Source of the DNA: an uncultured Actinomycetes bacterium
GTDB taxonomy: Bacteria > Actinomycetota > Actinomycetes > Nanopelagicales > Nanopelagicaceae
NCBI GenBank assembly: GCA_903891755.1
Contig: CAITFY010000074.1
Location: forward strand, 1-50,980
Reading direction: 5' to 3'
Length of the DNA: 50,980 nt
Shown: positions 28,148 through 37,067 of the stretch, piece after piece
How positions within the stretch are numbered: the stretch's first letter is position 1
How the letters are laid out: every line of letters begins with the position of its first letter
The notes under the pieces: generated by a model
The model's input: only the letters and a program-made list of their open reading frames with translations
Told to the model about the DNA's origin: nothing
Databases searched by the model: none
Position numbers and translations under genes: made by a program

Positions 28148-30111
28148 GCCAGCGTGCACCTCAAGGTGGCCGCCCACCGATGGCTGGACAAGTCGGCCGA
28201 GGTGGTCCGATGGCGGGAATGATGGGTGGTCCGCCGCAAAAGTCTAAAGATTTCAAGGGTTCGCTACGCCGATTACTCCGTGAAGTAGGCGAAGAACGTA
28301 AATCGCTCTACGCGGTATTTGTTCTTATTACTTCTGCCGTAACTATTGGTTCACTAGGGCCAAAGATTCTTGGCCACGCCACTAATGACATTTTCTACGG
28401 ATTCCTTGGCCACAAGTTGCCTGCAGGTCTTACAAAAGCTCAAGTGGTGGCAAATTTACGCGCAAAGGGAGAGGACACTCTTGCGGATGTTGTAAATAAG
28501 AGTGGGGTAATTCCGGGTAAAGGAATTGACTTCACTGCCGTCGCACATTGGATCTTCTTAGCGATTGGTTTATATGTAATTTCATCTCTCTTCCTTTGGC
28601 TACAGCAATACTTAATGGCTGGCGTTACACAGAAGACGGTATTTAGATTGCGCCGATTAGCGGAGGAGAAGATTGGCCGCCTCCCACTCAGTTACTTCGA
28701 TAAGACTTCAAGAGGAGATTTGCTCTCTCGAGTTACAAACGATGTAGATAACATCTCAACATCAATGCAACAGGGTCTTTCTCAAATCCTGAACTCTGTC
28801 CTAACCGTGCTCTCTGTGCTCATTATGATGATCTGGATTAGCCCACTTTTGGCACTGATCTCGCTCATTGCTATTCCATTATCAATGTTTGTTTCCATTC
28901 GCATCGCGAAAGCATCTCAGAAGCAATTTATTGCGCAATGGGATTGGACTGGAAAACTCAATGGACATGTTGAAGAGATGCACACGGGCGCAGCACTAGT
29001 AAAGGTATTTGGTCGTCGGAAACAAGCGATTACAGATTTTAAAGAGCTCAACGAAAACCTCAATCAATCTTCATTCAATGCGCAATTCATGTCGGGCATC
29101 ATCATGCCTTCAACAACTTTTATCTCGAATCTAATTTATGTCGGAATATCAGTTCTGGGCGGGTACCGAGTTGCAACCGGAACGATGTCACTCGGTGACG
29201 TGCAAGCATTTATTCAGTACTCACGCCAATTTGGAATGCCACTTGCTCAGATCGCGGGATTGATGAATACCGTGCAATCAGGCGTTGCTTCTGCAGAGAG
29301 ATTGTTTGAACTTCTCGATGCGCCGGAAGAGGAACCCGATCGCGCTTCCAGCGTATCCGTTGATCGCGCCATGGGAGCAATTTCATTCAAGAGCGTCTCA
29401 TTTAGATATCAAGAAGATCAACCGCTCATCGAAAACTTCAATCTTGAAGTCTCCCCAGGTCAGAGCGTCGCGATTGTTGGCCCCACGGGTGCGGGGAAGA
29501 CCACGCTGGTAAACCTAATTATGCGTTTCTATGAGATCAATGGTGGAGTGATCACCCTTGATGGTGTGAACACCCGGGAAATAAGTCGCGATGACTTACG
29601 CCACCAATTCGGAATGGTTCTTCAAGATACCTGGTTGTTCTCCGGAACCATCCGCGAGAACATCGCCTTCGGTTCCACCAACCCGAGCTTGGATGCAGTT
29701 ATTGAGGCGGCCAAGGCAGCGAATATTGACCACTTCATCCGAGGGTTGCCAGGCGGTTATGAGTCAGAGCTAACGGATGACAACTCCACCGTTTCAAATG
29801 GAGAGCGTCAATTGCTCACCATTGCACGCGCCTTTATGGCTGACCCTGCTGTTCTCATTCTTGATGAGGCAACCTCATCAGTGGATACCCGAACTGAGGT
29901 TCTCGTCCAGCACGCCATGTCGAAGTTGCGACAAGGCCGGACCAGCTTTGTCATCGCCCACCGGCTCTCGACGATCCGCGATGCTGACACCATCCTGGTG
30001 ATGGATAAAGGTGCCTTGGTAGAGCAAGGCAATCACGAGCAATTGATGGCGGCAAAGGGCTTCTATTACGACCTTTACGCTAGCCAGTTCGCCTCAGCAG
30101 CCTCAGAGTGA
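28144..30111 (+). CDS. ABC exporter half-transporter (TMD-NBD), consensus-site subunit
   Basis: Walker A GPTGAGKTT, canonical Walker B-Glu (LILDEATSSVD) and H-loop (IAHRLST), but a degenerate signature VSNGERQ. ATGA overlap with the upstream partner. Confidence 0.85.
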   Translation: MSQRAPQGGRPPMAGQVGRGGPMAGMMGGPPQKSKDFKGSLRRLLREVGEERKSLYAVFVLITSAVTIGSLGPKILGHATNDIFYGFLGHKLPAGLTKAQVVANLRAKGEDTLADVVNKSGVIPGKGIDFTAVAHWIFLAIGLYVISSLFLWLQQYLMAGVTQKTVFRLRRLAEEKIGRLPLSYFDKTSRGDLLSRVTNDVDNISTSMQQGLSQILNSVLTVLSVLIMMIWISPLLALISLIAIPLSMFVSIRIAKASQKQFIAQWDWTGKLNGHVEEMHTGAALVKVFGRRKQAITDFKELNENLNQSSFNAQFMSGIIMPSTTFISNLIYVGISVLGGYRVATGTMSLGDVQAFIQYSRQFGMPLAQIAGLMNTVQSGVASAERLFELLDAPEEEPDRASSVSVDRAMGAISFKSVSFRYQEDQPLIENFNLEVSPGQSVAIVGPTGAGKTTLVNLIMRFYEINGGVITLDGVNTREISRDDLRHQFGMVLQDTWLFSGTIRENIAFGSTNPSLDAVIEAAKAANIDHFIRGLPGGYESELTDDNSTVSNGERQLLTIARAFMADPAVLILDEATSSVDTRTEVLVQHAMSKLRQGRTSFVIAHRLSTIRDADTILVMDKGALVEQGNHEQLMAAKGFYYDLYASQFASAASE

Positions 30112-30159
30112 CAACGGTCAAACCTTTGATTTATGTTGTAAAACTCTCGCCTTGGGCGG

Positions 30160-30187
30160 GATAGAGGCTGTAAGGTCTGCCTCTATC
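30160..30187 (+). terminator. Strong hairpin between the ABC exporter and the permease gene (terminator or leader element)
   Basis: GATAGAGGC - 10-nt loop - GCCTCTATC gives a perfect 9-bp stem. No U tract follows. Confidence 0.3.
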
Positions 30188-30230
30188 TTGACCGCGCATC
30201 AATGGATGCTCTCTATTTGGAGGACTTTAC

Positions 30231-31727
30231 GTGGCGAATCCCGAACTAGAAGAGAACAAACCCCAAGAGAATAAGTTAGCTTCCAACGTTCTAGGTCTCT
30301 TCGAGTCCTCGATTATGGGCATCGCGGGTTCTGCTCCTGCGTATTCGATTGCGGCAACCACCGTAACTCTCGCAGTTACCGTTGGACTGTATGGACCAGG
30401 AGAGCTTCTTTACTCCGGCATCGCGATGTTTGGTGTTGTTATCGCTTTTCATTACATGGGCAAAGTTCGTCAGAACGCTGGAGCTACCTATGTATGGGTT
30501 CGTAACGCATTGCATCCAATTCTCGGATATTTAGCGGGATGGTCACTTGTTACCGCTTCAATCATTTTTGGTTTAGTTTCGACAGTTCCGGCTTCGACCG
30601 GGTTGCTCTCGCTCTTTAGCAGTAGCGAAAAAACGATTAGCAATGTTCACTGGACGACACTCGTTGGTGGACTCATCTTCGTATTTATGGTCGCGATTAT
30701 CGCTTACGGAATTGAGTTCACCGCCAAGGCTCAAGTGGTAATGACCGTTGTTGAATTGGGCTTGCTCTGGATTTTCGACATTATCGCCCTCTTGCACCAC
30801 CCTCACACCCACGCATTTAATTGGGGTTGGTTCTCCTTCAATCAAATTAAGGCCTATTCAACTCCCGATGCGGCTGCCTCTGGTGCAAATCCATTTGATC
30901 CTAAATTTGCAGTTGCTCATGGTCTAAGTGCGATTTTGATTGGCGCCGTTTCTGGCGCCTTCTTCTATTGGGGTTGGGATGTTACGGCTAATCTCAATGA
31001 AGAGACGAAGGATGGTCAGGACACAGCGGGAAGAGGCGGAATTGTAGGAATCTTCTTCGTCTTCTTTACATTCCTCTTAACTCTGATTGCAATCAACATG
31101 GTTCTAAGTGATGCAACACTTCACAACAGCAGCAGTATTCTGAGTGATTTTGCTGCGGTGCTAATTCCTGGATGGTTTGGAAAACTCATCATTGTCTCAG
31201 TTTTGCTCTCGACTGTGGCAACGATCGAGACTCAGATGATTCAAGTAACGCGAACTCTCTTCTCAATGGGACGAGATTTCACAATGCCTGGTTCATTTGG
31301 TCAAGTTCACAAGAAGTTCCGTACTCCTTTGAATGCCACCATATTTACCACAGTCTTTGTTCTTCTCTTCTTCATTGGATCACAATTCATTTCGAAGGTG
31401 AATGACATTGCACAAGCCGGCGTAGCCGCAATTGGTATCCAAATTTGCTTCTACTACGCTCTTGCTGCGATCTCTGTAATCGTTCTTTATCGCCATTACC
31501 TACTAAAGGATTTCCGCACCTTCCTTCTTGTCGGACTCTGGCCTGCACTTTCTGGTCTATTCCTTATTGCGGTTCTCTTTAAAGTCATTCCAACATTGAG
31601 TCACTTAGCTCTCTGGGTGGGCGTTGGAACTGTGGCAATCGGTGTTATTCCGATGACAATTTTCTGGAGACAGGGTTCTACTTACTTCAATAAAGTAACG
31701 AAGGAAGAACGTCGAGCAGTTCTGTAA
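30231..31727 (+). CDS. APC-superfamily amino acid/polyamine permease
   Basis: 498 aa with about 12 or more TM segments. N-terminal motif GIAGSAPAYSIAATT. GTG start with GGAGG 8 nt upstream. Confidence 0.8.
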   Translation: MANPELEENKPQENKLASNVLGLFESSIMGIAGSAPAYSIAATTVTLAVTVGLYGPGELLYSGIAMFGVVIAFHYMGKVRQNAGATYVWVRNALHPILGYLAGWSLVTASIIFGLVSTVPASTGLLSLFSSSEKTISNVHWTTLVGGLIFVFMVAIIAYGIEFTAKAQVVMTVVELGLLWIFDIIALLHHPHTHAFNWGWFSFNQIKAYSTPDAAASGANPFDPKFAVAHGLSAILIGAVSGAFFYWGWDVTANLNEETKDGQDTAGRGGIVGIFFVFFTFLLTLIAINMVLSDATLHNSSSILSDFAAVLIPGWFGKLIIVSVLLSTVATIETQMIQVTRTLFSMGRDFTMPGSFGQVHKKFRTPLNATIFTTVFVLLFFIGSQFISKVNDIAQAGVAAIGIQICFYYALAAISVIVLYRHYLLKDFRTFLLVGLWPALSGLFLIAVLFKVIPTLSHLALWVGVGTVAIGVIPMTIFWRQGSTYFNKVTKEERRAVL

Positions 31728-31794
31728 TACATCTATCAGCTTCCCTCTGCGTGGAATCCCCACTTTGAGCGGTTAGATTCGCGATAATGGCGGC

Positions 31795-33693
31795 GTGAGA
31801 AAGTTATTTCTAAGCGCCGCCATTGTCATGTCCGCCACCGCCTTCATCGCCTCTGAGGTGACTCCGGTAGCTGCGACGACGACCCAACTGGGATCACTCT
31901 CGATCATCCTGGTTCCCTTGGATCAGAAGACGATAACGGTGACTCCACCCGCTTCTAATTCACCAGGAGCTTGGAGCATTTCTCTGGACAACCCCGCTCT
32001 TGCCACCGTTAATGGCCTCAGCCTCACTTTGCTCACCGTTGGAAGTGGTCAGCTCACCTTCACGCAGGCGGCCAGTGGTGCTTACAACAGCGCCTCTCGT
32101 GCGACGGTATTTAGAATTACACCGGGTACTCCCGTCCTTGGCGCATGGCTGCCCATGAGCGCAGCGCTATCAACAGGCCAATACAAAATCACTCCGCCTA
32201 CCTCTACCTCATCAGGTCTTTGGACTTATACCCTCACCAACAATTTTTTTAATGGGTACCCCATCGCAAGTATCGCTGGCAATGTAGTAACTCTGTTGGA
32301 TGGCGGAACCGTGACAATCAATGCCACTCAACAAAGTACGAGTACATACTTATCTGCAAGTACTACCAACACTCTACAAATTACAGCACTTAAACCGGTG
32401 GTTGGCGCCTTCTCCGACATCACAGTTTCAGGTGACAGTGTCGGAACCTTCAACTTGAAAGCTCCAACTTCCACTTCACCTGGCCCATGGCAATTCACCT
32501 CTTCAACTCCAAGTGTTGCCTCTGTTAGCGGCACGTTGGTAACTCCAAATGGTGTTGGCACCACGATAATTACAGCCCATCAGCTTTCAATGAGTGGCTA
32601 CCAATCAACGACGCTCACAATGAACCTAACCATAACGGCGACGGCTCCAACCGTCGGCTCACTTACGCCGATCTCTTACACACTGGGTGCAATACCAAAT
32701 AACACCCTTCCAATTTCTGCTCCAACTTCGAATTCAACTGGCGCTTGGGTTTACACAGTTGCAGATCCAACTATCGCAACTGTTAATGGATCTCTGTTGG
32801 TGATTCTCAAAGCAGGAAGTACAACAGTTTCTGCAAAACAAAATCCCGCTGGTTCATTTGGATATTCAGCAACCTTGACTACGCCGCTTGTTGTCAGTCA
32901 AAAGGCAGTGATCACTCCACTTCCCAATTTGAGTCAAGTGGTAGGAGATCCTGCAATTGAAATTGCTCCACCCGTTACTCAATCGACTGGAACATGGACT
33001 CTGAGTTCAAGTGATTCAACAGTTGCTGCCGTCAATGGATTGGAGATTACAGTTGGAAATGCGGGAAGCGCAGTTATAACTCTTACTCAAGCCGCTCAAG
33101 GAACATGGCTTGCAAACTCCACCACCTTTACAGTGAGCGTAATCGGACTTGTTCCAACAATTGGTATTCTCTCGCCACTAGTTTTAACTGCCAGCGATTT
33201 ACCAACAAGCATTATTAATCCCACCTCCAATTCAAGTGGGGCATGGAGCTATACAGTTGGCAACCCTTCCATCGCAAAGATTGTTAGTGGCAAGTTAGTA
33301 CCTGTTGCTGCGGGAGTAACAACCCTTTCTGGAGTTCAGAAGCCAGCTGGTAAATACGGTCAATCAAATACCGTCAAAACAACAATAACAATCAAAGCTG
33401 CACCAGTTGTTACTCCAACGCCAACACCCACGGCTACTCCTAAACCAACAGTTACACCTACTCCATCGGTAACACCTACTCCTAAACCAACTAAGATTCC
33501 TGTAGTTCCTACCGTGACCGTGAAGGCGGTTGGAAGAACTCTTACTATTAGTGCAACAAATGGCGTAGTTGTTGCTTACATAAACGGCAAGATGGCGAAG
33601 ATCGGCAAGAACTTAGTCAAGCCGGGTAAAGATTTGGTGGTTATCGAATTTCAATCGCGCATCATTTATTCCAAAGTTTTCACTATTAAGTGA
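31795..33693 (+). CDS. Secreted surface protein with six tandem Ig-like (Big_2-like) repeats, a Pro/Thr linker and a small C-terminal domain
   Basis: Signal peptide, then six ~85-aa repeats that each open with P-[PT]-[ATV]-S/T-x-S-x-G-x-W. These are followed by a PT-rich linker (about nt 33406-33513) and a 59-aa C-terminal domain. There is no LPxTG motif and no TM anchor. Confidence 0.7.
   Translation: MRKLFLSAAIVMSATAFIASEVTPVAATTTQLGSLSIILVPLDQKTITVTPPASNSPGAWSISLDNPALATVNGLSLTLLTVGSGQLTFTQAASGAYNSASRATVFRITPGTPVLGAWLPMSAALSTGQYKITPPTSTSSGLWTYTLTNNFFNGYPIASIAGNVVTLLDGGTVTINATQQSTSTYLSASTTNTLQITALKPVVGAFSDITVSGDSVGTFNLKAPTSTSPGPWQFTSSTPSVASVSGTLVTPNGVGTTIITAHQLSMSGYQSTTLTMNLTITATAPTVGSLTPISYTLGAIPNNTLPISAPTSNSTGAWVYTVADPTIATVNGSLLVILKAGSTTVSAKQNPAGSFGYSATLTTPLVVSQKAVITPLPNLSQVVGDPAIEIAPPVTQSTGTWTLSSSDSTVAAVNGLEITVGNAGSAVITLTQAAQGTWLANSTTFTVSVIGLVPTIGILSPLVLTASDLPTSIINPTSNSSGAWSYTVGNPSIAKIVSGKLVPVAAGVTTLSGVQKPAGKYGQSNTVKTTITIKAAPVVTPTPTPTATPKPTVTPTPSVTPTPKPTKIPVVPTVTVKAVGRTLTISATNGVVVAYINGKMAKIGKNLVKPGKDLVVIEFQSRIIYSKVFTIK
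31939..33405 (+). repeat. Intragenic tandem array of six ~255-bp domain repeats
   Basis: The repeats are recognisable at protein level (PPASNSPGAW, PPTSTSSGLW, APTSTSPGPW, APTSNSTGAW, PPVTQSTGTW, NPTSNSSGAW). They are diverged at DNA level. Confidence 0.6.
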
Positions 33694-33720
33694 AGTTAAC
33701 ACTTTGGAAATAAGTTAGAA

Positions 33721-35103
33721 GTGAAAAGTTCTAGAGGTCGGCTAGAGATTGGCCCCGTAGCTTTTCTGGTTGCGGGTTTGATGTTTATGGAATTTCTGGA
33801 TGGTTCGATACTTCCAACAGCCGCTCCAACGATTGCAAAATCTTTTCATATCCTCTCTGCGCAAGTAGGGGTCTGTGTGACTACCTACATGGTCACGATT
33901 GTGGTTCTAATTCCAGTTTCCGCTTGGCTCGCAGATAAATTTGGGGTCAGGATTGTTCTCTTCTCGAGCATCTTCATTTTTACAATCGCCTCTCTGCTCT
34001 GTGCTCTTTCCACGAATCTTGTTGAGTTAACCATCATGCGGATATTGCAAGGAGTTGGCGCGGCAACGATGGTCCCTGTTGGAAGATTAATTCTGATGCG
34101 CAGCGTCGACAAGGGTGAAGTTATAAGAGTCATTTCATATTCCGTCTGGCCAGCGTTGGCGGCACCCGTTGTTGCACCAGTACTCGGCGGTTTTCTTATA
34201 AACCATGCTTCCTGGCATTGGATCTTCTTAGTAAATATTCCAATTGGATTCCTAGCTTTAGTCATTGGCGCGAAAATAGTTCCGAAAATTCCAGGTGGGC
34301 GGGTGGAGAAGCTCGACTGGTTTGGTTTTTCTGGAACAGCAATGAGCCTTGGGCTGCTGGTCTTCGCTGCCGCTAATTTAGGTGCTCCCAGAATAAATCT
34401 GCCCTCTACCTTGGCACTCTTTATCATCGGTGTAGCCGTTGGGATTCCGACCATTTATCATTTAAATCGAATAGCCAATCCGCTTATAGATCTCACCGTG
34501 CTAAAAATTCAAACTTTCCGCCTCAACACAACCAGTGGGTTGCTCTTCCGAGTTGCGCAGAACACTGCACCATTTGTTCTCCCCCTTCTCTTTCAAGATA
34601 AATTTGGATGGAGCGCAGAGCGGGCAGGTAGCGTTCTCTTCTTCTATATGGCTGGCAACTTAGGTTTTAAAATCTTTACAACTCCCCTCATGGAACGTTT
34701 TCCTTTTAAACCAATGATTCTTCTATCAACTCTGCTCAGCATTCCATTGACACTTTCTCTTGGGCTACTGAGCTCATCCATTCCATTTATGTGGACAGCG
34801 CTCTTGTTGCTTGTTACTGGTGGGGTCAGGTCGATTGGAATGACGCTTTACAACACCATCACCTTTGCAGATACCGAACAAGAATCAATGTCACATGCCA
34901 ACACAATCTCAAATATGGTCCAGCAGCTCTCGTCGGTAATCGCCGTTGCTACTGCTGTAATCGCTATCAGTATTGGCAGAAACGCTGTGGGTAGCCATAA
35001 TCAATTCTCTTTCGCCTTCATTTTTGCAATTGCCGCCCTACTTATCTCGCTCCCTAATGTGATCTCACTTCCAGCAACAGCCGGACAATCGCTGCGTAAA
35101 TAG
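33721..35103 (+). CDS. MFS transporter (drug:H+ antiporter-like)
   Basis: 460-aa polytopic protein with the MFS motif region LADKFGVRIVL and GVGAATMVPVGRLIL. Confidence 0.8.
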   Translation: MKSSRGRLEIGPVAFLVAGLMFMEFLDGSILPTAAPTIAKSFHILSAQVGVCVTTYMVTIVVLIPVSAWLADKFGVRIVLFSSIFIFTIASLLCALSTNLVELTIMRILQGVGAATMVPVGRLILMRSVDKGEVIRVISYSVWPALAAPVVAPVLGGFLINHASWHWIFLVNIPIGFLALVIGAKIVPKIPGGRVEKLDWFGFSGTAMSLGLLVFAAANLGAPRINLPSTLALFIIGVAVGIPTIYHLNRIANPLIDLTVLKIQTFRLNTTSGLLFRVAQNTAPFVLPLLFQDKFGWSAERAGSVLFFYMAGNLGFKIFTTPLMERFPFKPMILLSTLLSIPLTLSLGLLSSSIPFMWTALLLLVTGGVRSIGMTLYNTITFADTEQESMSHANTISNMVQQLSSVIAVATAVIAISIGRNAVGSHNQFSFAFIFAIAALLISLPNVISLPATAGQSLRK

Positions 35104-35118
35104 GCGTACTCTTAGCAA

Positions 35119-36240
35119 ATGCGTAGCCTCAAACTCCGTTTCGCAATAGCGGTTGCTAGAAGTGCCAGCGCCACCTCAAAACTTCTTGGACACAAGGGAG
35201 AAACTCTCCCAGGTCGAATTCTCCTAGCTATTGAGCCTGAAGCTATCTCCTTGCTGGCTCAGGGCAAAGAGGTAATTTTGGTTTCGGGAACAAATGGAAA
35301 GACCTCAACCACAAAAGCTCTGACAACGATTGTCTCTCAACTTGGACCTGTGGCAACTAGTGGATCGGGCTCAAATTTAGCGTGGGGCGCAGCAAACGCC
35401 TTAATGTCATCAGCCCCATACGCAGTCCTTGAAATTGATGAACTTCACCTTCCTTCAATTATTGCGCAGACAGATCCCACCATCGTCCTCCTTCTAAATC
35501 TGACCCGCGATCAACTCCATCGCATGCATGAGGTAAAGCGTGTGGCTGATCGTTGGCATGTTGAATGTTCTGAAGCGACAAACACAATATTTGTCGCCGA
35601 CATTGATGATCCTTACATCAACTACTCGATAGTCAATGCAATCAATGTGGTCAGAGTTTCATTTGGTGGAAGAACGCACCCTGATGGCGCCGTCTGTCCA
35701 CGCTGTGGAAGTTACTTAACATGGGTGAGAGGAAATTACTCCTGCACCTGTGGATTGAATAACAAGATTAATGAATTGAAATTTAAGAAAGGCTCTGCCT
35801 CATACCGCAATGCAATTCTCGCGAATATCGTTGGAGAGATTGTTGGCGCGGACCCTGTTGAGTTTACAGAGACCGCGCTGGAACGGAGCGTCACCAAGGA
35901 AATAGATGGCAAGAGCGCTCACTTCAGATTAACTAAGAACCCCGCTTCTTGGACCGAAGCGTTACAAGGCGATTTGCATCATGATGTAGTGCTTGTCCTC
36001 AACGCAAGACAGGTTGATGGAATCGATACTTCGTGGCTCTGGGATGTCTCATTTAAAGCCTTAAAAGGCCACCGGGTCTTTGTATGCGGTGAACGCGCGC
36101 TTGATATGGCTAACAGAATTCATGTTGAAGGTGTTACTCCAGAAGTTGTAGAGAGCGTTGATGTTGCACTATCGCTTGCTACAGGTTCTGAGATCAGCGT
36201 CTTATCTGCCTACACCGCCTTTTTTGAGTTGGTGATGTGA
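35119..36240 (+). CDS. murT: Lipid II isoglutaminyl synthase, Mur-ligase-like subunit MurT
   Basis: Mur ligase P-loop VSGTNGKTST, Cys4-type ribbon CPRCGSYLTWVRGNYSCTCG, and a C-terminal DUF1727-like region. It is coupled to gatD. Confidence 0.8.
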   Translation: MRSLKLRFAIAVARSASATSKLLGHKGETLPGRILLAIEPEAISLLAQGKEVILVSGTNGKTSTTKALTTIVSQLGPVATSGSGSNLAWGAANALMSSAPYAVLEIDELHLPSIIAQTDPTIVLLLNLTRDQLHRMHEVKRVADRWHVECSEATNTIFVADIDDPYINYSIVNAINVVRVSFGGRTHPDGAVCPRCGSYLTWVRGNYSCTCGLNNKINELKFKKGSASYRNAILANIVGEIVGADPVEFTETALERSVTKEIDGKSAHFRLTKNPASWTEALQGDLHHDVVLVLNARQVDGIDTSWLWDVSFKALKGHRVFVCGERALDMANRIHVEGVTPEVVESVDVALSLATGSEISVLSAYTAFFELVM

Positions 36241-36929
36241 TGTTAGAAATTATCCGCATTCATAATGAACTCTTAGGTACATATGGCGATCGCGGAAATA
36301 GCGACGTGCTGCAGTACCGAGCGGGGCTACGAAAAATCAAGGCACGCGTTACAGATATTTCATATCTCGATCCGCTTCCTCGGAGTGGAGATATATATCT
36401 TCTTGGTGGCGCGGAAGATGCTGCGCAATTATTATCACTAACCGCGCTCCGCAAAGGTTCCATATTGGCTCGCGCTGCCAATAAAGGAGCAGTAGTACTC
36501 GCCATATGCGCCGGCTTCCAACTTCTCGGAACGAAGTACACCACCCGCGATGAAGAGTTTGTGGGACTTGGACTTCTCGATGTATTTACGGCACCTGGAG
36601 ATAAGAGATTGGTTGGAGATATCGCAGTTAAATCCCCACTCTTTGAAGTTCCACTCACTGGATTTGAAAATCACAGAAGCGTAACCACGCTCGGTCCTGA
36701 TGCCACGCCATTTGCCAGCGTTATTTCAGGAAACGGAAATGGTGTTGCCGGCCTTGATGGAGCAATGAGCGAGAATGTTTTCGGAACCTATTTACATGGC
36801 CCAGTACTTGCGCGTAACCCAGAATTCGCTGATTTACTCCTTGAACGTGCGCTTGGAACCAGCATTAAACCGGTCGATGATGATCTCGCTACCGAATATG
36901 CGAAGTGGCGAAGAACTCTGATTAAGTAG
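36237..36929 (+). CDS. gatD: Lipid II isoglutaminyl synthase, glutaminase subunit GatD (CobB/CobQ-like GATase)
   Basis: Nucleophile Cys in LAICAGFQLLG and His in GTYLHGP. 4-nt overlap with murT. Confidence 0.8.
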   Translation: MMLEIIRIHNELLGTYGDRGNSDVLQYRAGLRKIKARVTDISYLDPLPRSGDIYLLGGAEDAAQLLSLTALRKGSILARAANKGAVVLAICAGFQLLGTKYTTRDEEFVGLGLLDVFTAPGDKRLVGDIAVKSPLFEVPLTGFENHRSVTTLGPDATPFASVISGNGNGVAGLDGAMSENVFGTYLHGPVLARNPEFADLLLERALGTSIKPVDDDLATEYAKWRRTLIK

Positions 36930-36940
36930 GTTACAATTGG

Positions 36941-36958
36941 GTGTTGCATCCGCAACAC
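36941..36958 (+). terminator. Hairpin after gatD
   Basis: GTGTTGC-atcc-GCAACAC gives a perfect 7-bp stem, 12 nt after the gatD stop. There is no U tract (an I-shaped terminator is possible). Confidence 0.3.
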
Positions 36959-37067
36959 AACTCACAGAACCTCTGTTTGTACACACAACAAGTTCGTTTG
37001 CGAGTCTTACGTCAGTCAATCTGATAAGCACCACGAGACACGCATCTATGTCTCGATTGGTATAGCT

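Noticed and set aside
33406-33513. Short direct DNA repeats in the Pro/Thr linker of the surface protein and in the helicase tail, considered as possible CRISPR or tandem-repeat loci.
   Set aside because: They are in-frame coding repeats within long ORFs. They do not have the regular repeat-spacer architecture of a CRISPR array.
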